From a virus: a DNA stretch of 64,000 nucleotides. The stretch covers positions 1 through 64,000 of the IMG/VR virus record IMGVR_UViG_3300020202_000002; one strand, given 5' to 3'. Shown here piece by piece: positions 26,541 through 35,046 of the stretch (its first letter is position 1; every line of letters starts with the position of its first letter). The notes beneath the pieces were generated by a model. That model saw only the letters and a program-made list of their open reading frames with translations, was not told where the DNA came from and did no database searches. A program made the position numbers and the translations under genes.

Positions 26541-27014
26541 GTGTCCAACAGGCTTTATCACTCGCCGGCGCACATCATGCGGCCCATCGTGCAGGGCATC
26601 CAGGAGGCGCCCTTCTGGGTGGTGACAGTGTTGCGCCAGCCCGACATGAAAGCCGGGACCAATGCCGTGACGGTGTTCAACGCGCCGGGGCTCGGGCAAG
26701 AGCATTTGATGATCGGCGAACGCATGGAGCAAAGCGGCGTGCAGGTGATGGTCAGGGCCAGCGACTACAACACGGGCTTTCGCAAGGCGGATGCCATCGC
26801 CAAGGCCCTGGACGACCAATGGCTGACCAGCGTGGTGTTGCGGAACCAGAACGGCGAAGCCGTGATCTACCAGCTATGGAGTTTCGAGAGGACGACGAAT
26901 GTGATCTGCTTGCCGGTCACCAAGATTACCGGCGGCTACGTCGACGAAAAACATGCGGATGACCAGATTCACTTCGTCGTCAACGGGCTGGCGACGTTGA
27001 GCGTGATTGACTGA
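26541..27014 (+). CDS. tail terminator-like protein
   Basis: GVQVMVRASDY..G..KA.AI; directly before the tail tube. Confidence 0.65.
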   Translation: MSNRLYHSPAHIMRPIVQGIQEAPFWVVTVLRQPDMKAGTNAVTVFNAPGLGQEHLMIGERMEQSGVQVMVRASDYNTGFRKADAIAKALDDQWLTSVVLRNQNGEAVIYQLWSFERTTNVICLPVTKITGGYVDEKHADDQIHFVVNGLATLSVID

Positions 27015-27043
27015 CCACGGAACTTTGAGAGAGGAGCCTATCC

Positions 27044-27517
27044 ATGGCCGCACCAACCCTGACCGCTCGCCAGGCCCCGGCTGGCATCAAACTGCGCGAC
27101 GGCTTCGCCGCGTTCTACGCCTTCGCACTCGACCCGGACATTTCCATCTGGGAAACCGAGGTGCAACTACCTTCCTTCGACGGTGGCGATCCCATCGACA
27201 CGACGACGATGTGGAACGACGCGTGGATGACGAAGGCGCTTCAGCAACTCGTCGACCACGGCGAGGCGTCCGGAGTCTGCGGCTACGACCCGGCCTGCCT
27301 CACGCAAATCCTGTCCATTCTGAACCGAAACGGAAGCGTGACGTGTCACCTGCCCGACACGTCGACGTACACCTTCTGGGGCGGCTTGACCAAGTTCGAG
27401 CCGGAAGCGTTCAAGAAGGGCGAATTCCCCACGGCGAACTTCACGATTGTCGTCACCAACACCGACACGTCCGGCAACGAAGCCGGCCCCGTGCTGGTCA
27501 GCGCAGCCAATACCTAA
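27044..27517 (+). CDS. tail tube protein
   Basis: DPIDTTTM, TYTFWGGLTKFEP...ANFTI; followed by chaperone and tape measure genes. Confidence 0.75.
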   Translation: MAAPTLTARQAPAGIKLRDGFAAFYAFALDPDISIWETEVQLPSFDGGDPIDTTTMWNDAWMTKALQQLVDHGEASGVCGYDPACLTQILSILNRNGSVTCHLPDTSTYTFWGGLTKFEPEAFKKGEFPTANFTIVVTNTDTSGNEAGPVLVSAANT

Positions 27518-27588
27518 GCCCTGCGCGGTCGTGAGGCGCACGGAACAGAGCCTCCGGCCGCAGGGCGCTTTCAACCGAGGAGAAAGGC

Positions 27589-28050
27589 ATGGAAGAACCG
27601 CTTGTTTTCACGGACGCCACGAAGTATCACGAAGAACCCGTCAAAGTCGACGGCGCGTTGTACACTTTGCGCGAAGCGTTTGGCGACGCCGCTATCAAGT
27701 TCAAGAGCGCACAGGCCCGTGCCATGCGCTTTGTCGACGGCAAGCCAACCCTGATCGAGGGAGCCGCCGAGGTCGAGCCATTGCTGGTTCACCTGTGCCT
27801 TTTCGAGTCCTATGGGGACCCCAACAATCCGCGCGAGCGCAACGTGTCCATGGCCACGATCAAGACGTGGAAAGCGCACGTCATCACTAAGATTTTCGAG
27901 CGCGCCAAGAAGATTAGCCGCCTGGACGAGACGCTTACCAGCGCCGATGTCCGCAAGAAGATCGCCGAGTTGCAAAAGCAACTTGAAGACATGGAAAGGG
28001 CGGAAGAGGAAAAAAACTCGCCGCCTACCGAGCTGGCTGGTTCCACCTAG
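27589..28050 (+). CDS. tail assembly chaperone (gpG-like)
   Basis: between tail tube and tape measure; ends EEEKN over a slippery site. Confidence 0.8.
   Translation: MEEPLVFTDATKYHEEPVKVDGALYTLREAFGDAAIKFKSAQARAMRFVDGKPTLIEGAAEVEPLLVHLCLFESYGDPNNPRERNVSMATIKTWKAHVITKIFERAKKISRLDETLTSADVRKKIAELQKQLEDMERAEEEKNSPPTELAGST
28011..28017 (+). other. programmed -1 frameshift heptamer A AAA AAC
   Basis: X XXY YYZ heptamer; the -1 frame is open as LAAYRAGWFHLAREFGLDPFEM... to 28409. Confidence 0.8.
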
Positions 28051-28409
28051 CTCGGGAATTCGGCCTTGACCCGTTCGAGATGCAGAGAACGTGGACCAAC
28101 CGGCAATACATGGAGGCCATGGCATGGCTTGTGGAGCAGCGCAACCATCCGACCGTCGATCAGCAGTACCAGATGCAAATCGCCATGCTGGTGGACAGCA
28201 TCGTACCGCGGATCTTCGGCAGGACGTATCAGGGCAAGCTGCAAGACAAGAAGCTCGTGTGGAGAACGGAAGAGGACGACGACCCGCAATCGCTGGAAGA
28301 GCGCAAACGGGTCTTCAGCCAGATGATGCTGGCGCGCTGGAGGGCGGTGGCCGAAGGTGGCGGTAAACGAGCAAGAAGTCGGACGGATGGTCGTACGATT
28401 GCTGGGTGA
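28017..28409 (+). CDS. gpT-like frameshifted extension of the tail chaperone
   Basis: no stop in the -1 frame from 28011 to 28409; WFHLAREFG resembles gpT. Confidence 0.75.
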   Translation, partial: LAAYRAGWFHLAREFGLDPFEMQRTWTNRQYMEAMAWLVEQRNHPTVDQQYQMQIAMLVDSIVPRIFGRTYQGKLQDKKLVWRTEEDDDPQSLEERKRVFSQMMLARWRAVAEGGGKRARSRTDGRTIAG

Positions 28410-31035
28410 CTCCAGCAGTTATGAGGCCATGATGCGCCAAGCGGCCGCCACCACACGCGCCGCCGTCGCCTCCATGGGAACCGCCATGACGGCTGGCATA
28501 ACCGCTCCGTTCGCTGGCGCTGGCGTGATGGCCGTCAGCGCTGCCGCGCAGATGGAACAGGCTCAAGTCCAGTTTTCGACCATGCTGCAGTCCGAAGCCA
28601 AGGGCATGCAGATGGTCAAGGACCTCATCCAATTCGCGGCTGCCACCCCGCTGACGACGCCGGAAGTGACGACGGCGGCTCGCACGCTGCTGCAGTTCGG
28701 CGTTGAGGGCGAAAGGGTCATCGAAACGTTGCGCATGCTCGGCGACGCTGCCGGCGGCGACTCCCAGCGCTTCCAGTCCATGTCGCTGGCGTTCGGGCAG
28801 ATGTCCGCGGCCGGCCGGCTGATGGGGCAAGACTTGCTGCAAATGATCAATGCCGGTTTCAACCCGCTTCAGGAGATTTCACGGACAACCGGCAAGTCGA
28901 TGGGGCAACTGAAAAAGGAGATGGAGGATGGCAAGATTTCGGCGGCGATGGTGACGGCAGCGTTTCGCTCGGCCACGAGTCAAGGCGGGCGATTCTTCAA
29001 CATGATGGAGAAGCAGTCGCAGACGGTCACTGGCCTGTGGTCCACGATGCGCGACAACGCCAGCCTCTTCCTGGTCACGCTGGGCGACATGATCATCAAG
29101 CAGCTTCACGTCAAGGACGCCATCAAGGCCGTATCTGCCGCCGCAGGGGACGTTGGCAACTGGCTCAAGTCGCTGAGCCCGATGGCTCAGAAAGCAATGT
29201 TGGCCGTGGCGCTGATCGCATCAACCCTGGGGCCGCTGCTGATCGTCCTTTCGGCCGTTGGCCCGGCTGTCGTCGCCGGCTTCGGCTTGTTCATGTCGAC
29301 TGTCCTGCCCATCGTTGGTGTCGTCGGCGTGGCGGTCGCTGCGGTCGCTCTCTGGGTTCGCTCAGTGGGTGGCCTGGGGCCAGCGTGGGCGCTCGTAGCG
29401 GAGAAGGCAGGGGCGGCGTGGGCGTTGATTAAGGACGCGGCCATGTCGGCATGGACGTGGATCACCACCAACTTCGGCAGCATTGCTTCGTGGATTGCGC
29501 CCCTGTTTGCGGGCGCTGGAATAGAGATACTCGCCACGATCACGCTGATAATCGCGGCAGTGAAGGCAGTCGGAGCAATCTTCACGTACCTCAAGGGTGT
29601 TTTCTTCGAGAACTACGATGCCATCAAGGCAGTCAGCGATGGCTACTTGACACTCGCTGGGCGCGTGCTGATGGCTATCGGCATCACCAAACTGTTCCTG
29701 TTCGCGGCTGGCCTCGTCATTGGGGTTCTTAAGGCTCTCGGCATCGTCCAGTTGGCCACGAACATTCTGTGGGTCGGCTGGGCTATCAGTTTGGCGACCG
29801 TCAAGGGACTCGTCGCCATAGTCACAGGCGTCATGCTGGTTGCTCAGGCGGCGACGTGGCTGTGGAACGGCGCTCTGACGGTCATGAACATACTGCTCTC
29901 GCCGGTCGCCATTCTTGGAGTGGTTGCGGCGATCGGCGTACTGGTGGCGATTCTCGCTGTCGCCGGCTCGGCGCTCTACGGGCTGTACAGCGCTGGCCAG
30001 CAGCTTATCGGCACGCTCACAGGGCTCAGTAACACCACGCTCGGCACGCACCTGTCTTCCGTCTTCGGCGAGTGGAAGACGATCCTCACGGATGTGTTCA
30101 ACCTCGCCAAGTCGGGCGACTTCTCCGGCGCGTTCGAGATGCTGAAACTCGGCGCGGACCTGGCGATCAACCAGGTGAAGGACCTGTGGCCGCCCTTGTG
30201 GAACTTTATCAGAGATGGTTTCGGGCATTTGTGGACCATCGTCTCGACGACGTTCATGGTGGAAATGCAGCGTGCGCTGATCAACGTCAGCAACAGGACA
30301 CTTGACTTCCTGACAAGTTGGGACAAGACAGGGATGCTCACGAGTGGCCTGCGATCCGGTGTCGGCACACTGCTCAATAGTTGGAACGCCGGTCTGTCGC
30401 AAAGCGAGAACAACGTCAACCGGTCCACCTTCGCGCTGGGCCAGATGGCAAATCAGTTTCAGGCGGTCGAATCAGCCGCAACTCAAGCCTCGCGAGCGAA
30501 CGTCGAGGTGGCCAATCTCGAACGTGAGTACGCGAACTTCTTCCGCGATCGCGACGCCGCTGACGACATGAATCACTGGGTCGTCAACGCCACGGAACAG
30601 TTCGACGAGTTCGGCAATGTCGTCGCCAGTTCGGACGCAGCAAGCCAAGCCAGCCGTCTCGGCGCGCAAACCGGCGAAGCACTCGCCACCGGGGTCAAGA
30701 AGCATGCCGGCCATGCAATGGACAGTTTTCAGGCTGCAGCAGTCGGCAGTGCCGAAGCCATCGCCCGCATGAATGCCTACCGGGACACCTTCCGGCAGAT
30801 GGGTTTCTCCGCGAACGCCCTGGCAGGCGGGACGACGCCAGCGACAACTCTGGCGGGAGCGAGCACAGCCGCCAGCCCCACGACATTAGCTAACGTGGTA
30901 TCGCCTCCGGGACGAACCGACAACACCCAAGAACACCTCGCTGTTCTCAAGGATATCCTGCATCAAGCCAAGCTGCAGACCGCCATCATGCAGCGCGAAA
31001 CCGGTGTGATTCTGGAGGAAGTGGACCTGGAATGA
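28357..31035 (+). CDS. tape measure protein
   Basis: 892 aa, Ala-rich; FAAATP...GQDLLQMINAGFNPL tape-measure domain; hydrophobic middle. Confidence 0.92.
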   Translation: MAVNEQEVGRMVVRLLGDSSSYEAMMRQAAATTRAAVASMGTAMTAGITAPFAGAGVMAVSAAAQMEQAQVQFSTMLQSEAKGMQMVKDLIQFAAATPLTTPEVTTAARTLLQFGVEGERVIETLRMLGDAAGGDSQRFQSMSLAFGQMSAAGRLMGQDLLQMINAGFNPLQEISRTTGKSMGQLKKEMEDGKISAAMVTAAFRSATSQGGRFFNMMEKQSQTVTGLWSTMRDNASLFLVTLGDMIIKQLHVKDAIKAVSAAAGDVGNWLKSLSPMAQKAMLAVALIASTLGPLLIVLSAVGPAVVAGFGLFMSTVLPIVGVVGVAVAAVALWVRSVGGLGPAWALVAEKAGAAWALIKDAAMSAWTWITTNFGSIASWIAPLFAGAGIEILATITLIIAAVKAVGAIFTYLKGVFFENYDAIKAVSDGYLTLAGRVLMAIGITKLFLFAAGLVIGVLKALGIVQLATNILWVGWAISLATVKGLVAIVTGVMLVAQAATWLWNGALTVMNILLSPVAILGVVAAIGVLVAILAVAGSALYGLYSAGQQLIGTLTGLSNTTLGTHLSSVFGEWKTILTDVFNLAKSGDFSGAFEMLKLGADLAINQVKDLWPPLWNFIRDGFGHLWTIVSTTFMVEMQRALINVSNRTLDFLTSWDKTGMLTSGLRSGVGTLLNSWNAGLSQSENNVNRSTFALGQMANQFQAVESAATQASRANVEVANLEREYANFFRDRDAADDMNHWVVNATEQFDEFGNVVASSDAASQASRLGAQTGEALATGVKKHAGHAMDSFQAAAVGSAEAIARMNAYRDTFRQMGFSANALAGGTTPATTLAGASTAASPTTLANVVSPPGRTDNTQEHLAVLKDILHQAKLQTAIMQRETGVILEEVDLE

Positions 31036-32438
31036 GCGGCACGTACCGAGGACCGTTCGGCATCAGCGGCTCGATCGACGCCGAAGGCTACCGCACGTAC
31101 AAGGTCAAGCACAGGGTGGAATTAGAACCGGGCGAATCCGCCCTGACGGCGCTGCTGACTCCGGGCTTGCCGCTGCCTGGGGCTATCTTCTCTCTTGCCT
31201 CCATGGGCGTGGCGTCGTCGGAAGTCGACCCGTGGGTCTGGTGTCTCCCCGAGATGGAAGCCAGCAAACTCGGCCGTGATACCGAAACCGGCGGTATATG
31301 GGTCGTTGAACAGACGTTCTCGAACAAGCCACCCAAGCGTTGCGCCTCGTTCCAGTTCGACAATCCTCTGCTTGAGCCGCAGAAGGTATCCGGCGACTAT
31401 CGCATGAACCGGGTCGAGGCCACGCACGACATTTACGGTGACCCCATCACCAACAGCGCCCACGAGCAGATTCGCGGCCCGCAAGTCGAGTTTGACGACG
31501 GCTCGCCCACCATCAAGATCGAACAGAACGTCGCCATTCTTGATCTGCCACTACTCACGCAGATGCAGAACGCCGTGAACGCCTTTCCGATGTGGGGGCT
31601 GCCGGCGCGGACGATTAAGATATCGAAGATCTCCTGGGAGCGAAAATTCCATGGGGCCTGCTTCGTCTACTTCACGCGCAAGTTCGAGTTCGACTGTTCC
31701 GAGAGAAAACAGCAGCGAATTAAGGGTGCTCCGGCCACGTCATCGTTCGACCGCGAGGTGGTGGACGAAGGTACGAAGGCACTCCGGGGAAAGTGGGCCT
31801 CAAACGGCACATGGGAACTGATCAACATCAATGGTCAACCACCGGACCCGTCGAATCCATCGCACTTCGACCGCTACAAGGATAAAAACGGCGAGAACGC
31901 GAAGGTCATCCTTGACGGCCACGGCAAGCCCTACATCCCCGAAATCGAATACGTCCCCGGCAGCGGCAACTGCTCCGAATGCACGTCGACCCCCAAGTAT
32001 TTCGTCGTGCGCGGCTTCACCGATTTCGAGGCGCGAAACAGCAGTGCCGTCACGACAAGCATTCGCGGGACACTGTGGAACGACGTGCAGCTGGAATACG
32101 TCAGCGGTTGTGATTGGGTGGCCACCGTCGACATGGGTAACAGCCAGACGGCTAACCTGCAAATCAGCGTCTCGGGCGACACGGCGACGCTGACGATCAG
32201 TTTCGCCGGCTACACCTTCGAGTTCGAGGGCGACTTCTCCTGCACCGGCCAATTTGCCCTGGACGACATCACGAGCGAGAGCCAGTTCTTGTTGAACGAC
32301 GTGCCAGACAATTTGCCGACGACGGTGCAGATTTCCTCCCCCGGCGGCGATCCGCCCGGATCGATCAGCGTGCAGTATTACCAGGAAGCCGACTTCAGCC
32401 TGCTACGGATTCCGATGGACCTGCAGGTGCAGATTTAG
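31032..32438 (+). CDS. tail hub/distal tail protein
   Basis: directly after the tape measure gene; PITNSAHE; ends YQEADFSLL. Confidence 0.6.
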   Translation: MSGTYRGPFGISGSIDAEGYRTYKVKHRVELEPGESALTALLTPGLPLPGAIFSLASMGVASSEVDPWVWCLPEMEASKLGRDTETGGIWVVEQTFSNKPPKRCASFQFDNPLLEPQKVSGDYRMNRVEATHDIYGDPITNSAHEQIRGPQVEFDDGSPTIKIEQNVAILDLPLLTQMQNAVNAFPMWGLPARTIKISKISWERKFHGACFVYFTRKFEFDCSERKQQRIKGAPATSSFDREVVDEGTKALRGKWASNGTWELININGQPPDPSNPSHFDRYKDKNGENAKVILDGHGKPYIPEIEYVPGSGNCSECTSTPKYFVVRGFTDFEARNSSAVTTSIRGTLWNDVQLEYVSGCDWVATVDMGNSQTANLQISVSGDTATLTISFAGYTFEFEGDFSCTGQFALDDITSESQFLLNDVPDNLPTTVQISSPGGDPPGSISVQYYQEADFSLLRIPMDLQVQI

Positions 32439-32445
32439 GTGAGCC

Positions 32446-32871
32446 ATGGCCAATGAGATTCAGGCGCGCGTAAGCCTCTTCGTCAGTGCCGACAACGTGC
32501 GCTATCAGTCTCCGCAGCAAGCCTTCAATGTGACGATGACGGGACGCAAGGGGCCGACTCCTGCCCTCGTCGAGGCCACCACGAACGGCACCGACGTGAA
32601 TCTGAGTTTGCTTGACACTCCCGGTATGTGCGAGGTCATCAACCAGGACTCGTCGAACTACATCACGCTGGGGCGCTGGGATTCGACCACCAGCACGTTC
32701 TACCCCTTCATGGAGGTCGGGCCTGGCGAAAACTACATCTGGAAGCTGCCGCGCGATATCAACGACGAATACTCCGGGACAGGTACAGGAACAGGCAGCA
32801 ACACAAGCACGCTTCGCATCAAGGCTGCCAATGCGCCGTGCAGCGTACTGCTGAACGCCTTCGAGCGCTGA
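32446..32871 (+). CDS. tail-associated protein with GTGTGTG tract
   Basis: beta-rich; YSGTGTGTGSNT; lies in the tail block. Confidence 0.6.
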   Translation: MANEIQARVSLFVSADNVRYQSPQQAFNVTMTGRKGPTPALVEATTNGTDVNLSLLDTPGMCEVINQDSSNYITLGRWDSTTSTFYPFMEVGPGENYIWKLPRDINDEYSGTGTGTGSNTSTLRIKAANAPCSVLLNAFER

Positions 32872-32878
32872 GGACATT

Positions 32879-33295
32879 ATGCCGCGCCTGATCGAAACCG
32901 AGGCTATCTATCTCGAAGGCGTGCAGGATGCGCAGCCCGTCGAGCACGTCGGCATTTACCAGGTGACCAGCAGCGAACAACTATTCGGCCCGCGGCACAT
33001 CGTCGTCCTGCAAACGAAGACGGCGCTGCTGGAATTGACCGGTGGCTGCTGGGTCAAGGATGCGGCAACGTTGCGGATCGCCAACAACACAGGCACGAAC
33101 CTGCAGGTGCGACCAACAGCGGAAGAGCGCGCCCGTCTCGACGCAGCCGTTGTCGAGGTGTTTCTGGGTGACGAACTGCTCGGCTACGTTCGCCCTGGCC
33201 GTTCGCTGCGATATGAACCGAGTGACTTGTCCCGGCTGTCGTTGCGGTGCCAGAAGGGCGGCGCGCGCTGTGTCGTGGTCGTCTACCCACGGTGA
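32879..33295 (+). CDS. tail-associated protein
   Basis: size and pattern similar to the preceding ORF. Confidence 0.55.
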   Translation: MPRLIETEAIYLEGVQDAQPVEHVGIYQVTSSEQLFGPRHIVVLQTKTALLELTGGCWVKDAATLRIANNTGTNLQVRPTAEERARLDAAVVEVFLGDELLGYVRPGRSLRYEPSDLSRLSLRCQKGGARCVVVVYPR

Positions 33296-33298
33296 CCC

Positions 33299-33508
33299 AT
33301 GGGCAGGAAAAGGCGGCCCCGAAAAGTCCGGATATGGGTGCGCTGCCTGGGTCCAGGACCGGAACACACGTTTGTGACGAGCGACCCGATAGGCCACCGC
33401 ATCTGCCGCGACTGCAAGAAGGCAATCGAGGCGAAGCGGATCTGTGACCGGTACGAGCCCTACCTGCGGGCGCAGGACGTGCGGAACGGATTCTTCAAGG
33501 AAACGTGA
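33299..33508 (+). CDS. small basic Zn-binding protein
   Basis: RCLGPGPEH...HRICRDC. Confidence 0.5.
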   Translation: MGRKRRPRKVRIWVRCLGPGPEHTFVTSDPIGHRICRDCKKAIEAKRICDRYEPYLRAQDVRNGFFKET

Positions 33509-34302
33509 TGGTGCGGGTACTCACGAGAGCGGACATCGGCAAGCTGGGGCGCTTTGTGCGCGACCAGCGAACCAGCCGCCCGCGCATGCGCCCGCGTCAT
33601 CCCGAAGTGCTCGGCTCGTCGCCCGACCGCTACATTGTCGGCACCGGGGAAGGTATCACGAGCTGTCGCGGTACGGCGGATTGCCAGGTGTACCGGCTCA
33701 ACGATGGGACGCTGGAGGCTGTTGACGGGCTGACGGTGCTCGTCACGAACCCGGACGGAACGGATATTCCGGCGAGCAGCTACGCCTTGGCCGTGCGTGA
33801 CAAGTTCGGGCAGTGGGTGACGAAGAAGGTGTTCGAGTGCCCGCAGTGGTATTGCGTGGAGGCACCGGAAAGTACAGGGACAGGTACGGACATCGACTGT
33901 GGCAGTCCGACTTGTTGGGTGTTCGTGCTCAGTAGCGACCTTCACAACGGCGAGTCGTTTCCCGGCGATTTCCAGTGCGGCAGCGATCCGAATATACCTG
34001 GTATCCTCAAGTTCGTCAGCACATGTCGCTGGGGCGGTGGTGGCGTCTGCCTTCCCTGCAACCAGGTTGGCGGCAGCAATGCGAACCTCCAATACAACTT
34101 TGCGGAACTGGTTTGGGAGTTCCAAATCGACACGCTGGTGTACAGGTTCAGCGGAGAACTGTCGCGATCCACGCAAAACGTATTCACGCTATACTCGACG
34201 GGCGTCCCATATAACACGAATCCTGGCGCTTTGGTTCCTAATTTCGTAACGGTTTATGACGGCGACACCTACCTTGGCAGCAACTGGTGTTCATCTTGTT
34301 AG
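33505..34302 (+). CDS. Cys-rich tail-tip protein
   Basis: CQVYRL.DG.LEAVDGL...RDKFG.WV module; STGTGT linker. Confidence 0.6.
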   Translation: MMVRVLTRADIGKLGRFVRDQRTSRPRMRPRHPEVLGSSPDRYIVGTGEGITSCRGTADCQVYRLNDGTLEAVDGLTVLVTNPDGTDIPASSYALAVRDKFGQWVTKKVFECPQWYCVEAPESTGTGTDIDCGSPTCWVFVLSSDLHNGESFPGDFQCGSDPNIPGILKFVSTCRWGGGGVCLPCNQVGGSNANLQYNFAELVWEFQIDTLVYRFSGELSRSTQNVFTLYSTGVPYNTNPGALVPNFVTVYDGDTYLGSNWCSSC

Positions 34303-34311
34303 TGGAACACG

Positions 34312-34821
34312 ATGGCCAAAAAGATTCCCGTCCTTACTGACGACGCCGCGGCAAAACTGCAGGACGCCTACGACCAGTGGGCCAAGTCGCCACCACCGAA
34401 CATCAACCGCCGAGATCCGGGTTGGGATGATCAGGACCTCCAGGCACCCGAAGAATATCTGGCCATCACGCAGACGGCGCTCGTCGCCGCGGAAGACTGC
34501 GATACCGGGTTCGACAGTGCCGAATGCCAAGTTTACCGGCTGGTGGACGGCGATCTGGAAGCCGTCGACGGCTTGGAGATTACCGCATGGAACCTGCTCT
34601 CGGAGGCAATCGCGTCTGGTACGCTCGTGCTCATCAGCCGCGACAAGTTCGGCTCCTGGGTCATCTCCGCAGTGTATGGCGAATGCGACACCGGAGCTGG
34701 CACTGCTACGGCTACCGCCACCAGCACCGATGACGGCTTGGACGCCGAAGGCGCGTGGTGGGCCGCGACACCTCCGAGCGGCGGTCAGTCTGGTGGGGCG
34801 TGGTGGGCGGGGACACCGTGA
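34312..34821 (+). CDS. tail-tip protein (paralogous modules)
   Basis: shares its N module with 33505 and its C module with 34821. Confidence 0.6.
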   Translation: MAKKIPVLTDDAAAKLQDAYDQWAKSPPPNINRRDPGWDDQDLQAPEEYLAITQTALVAAEDCDTGFDSAECQVYRLVDGDLEAVDGLEITAWNLLSEAIASGTLVLISRDKFGSWVISAVYGECDTGAGTATATATSTDDGLDAEGAWWAATPPSGGQSGGAWWAGTP

Positions 34822-35045
34822 TGGAGTGTCGACGGCTGACGATAGCGGAGAAGAATGCGCTGGTTGCCGATGGGTACACCGTGCTGGGTGGCCCCTACGA
34901 CTCGGAAGACCTTTGCACGGCAGCATGTGCAGCAGGCACGGCGACCTCGACGGACGATGGCCTAGACGCCGAAGGGTCCTGGTGGGCTGCAACGCCGCCA
35001 TCGGGTGGACAAACGGGCGGCGCGTGGTGGGCAGGAGAGGATTGA
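34821..35045 (+). CDS. small tail-tip protein
   Basis: GPYDSEDLC module shared with 35047; WWAATPPSGGQ.GGAWWAG shared with 34312. Confidence 0.55.
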   Translation: MECRRLTIAEKNALVADGYTVLGGPYDSEDLCTAACAAGTATSTDDGLDAEGSWWAATPPSGGQTGGAWWAGED

Positions 35046-35046
35046 T

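Noticed and set aside
19042-26819. Long minus-strand ORFs such as 19042-20541 and 25263-26819
   Set aside because: Antisense shadows of well-supported + genes in GC-rich DNA; no motifs or convincing RBS.
27044-32438. Contractile tail, tailocin or gene transfer agent
   Set aside because: No sheath or baseplate wedge genes; full head module plus integrase and att indicate a temperate siphovirus.
34716-35040. Diversity-generating retroelement TR/VR pair
   Set aside because: The copies differ mainly at synonymous positions of all base types, not adenines, and there is no reverse transcriptase in the window.
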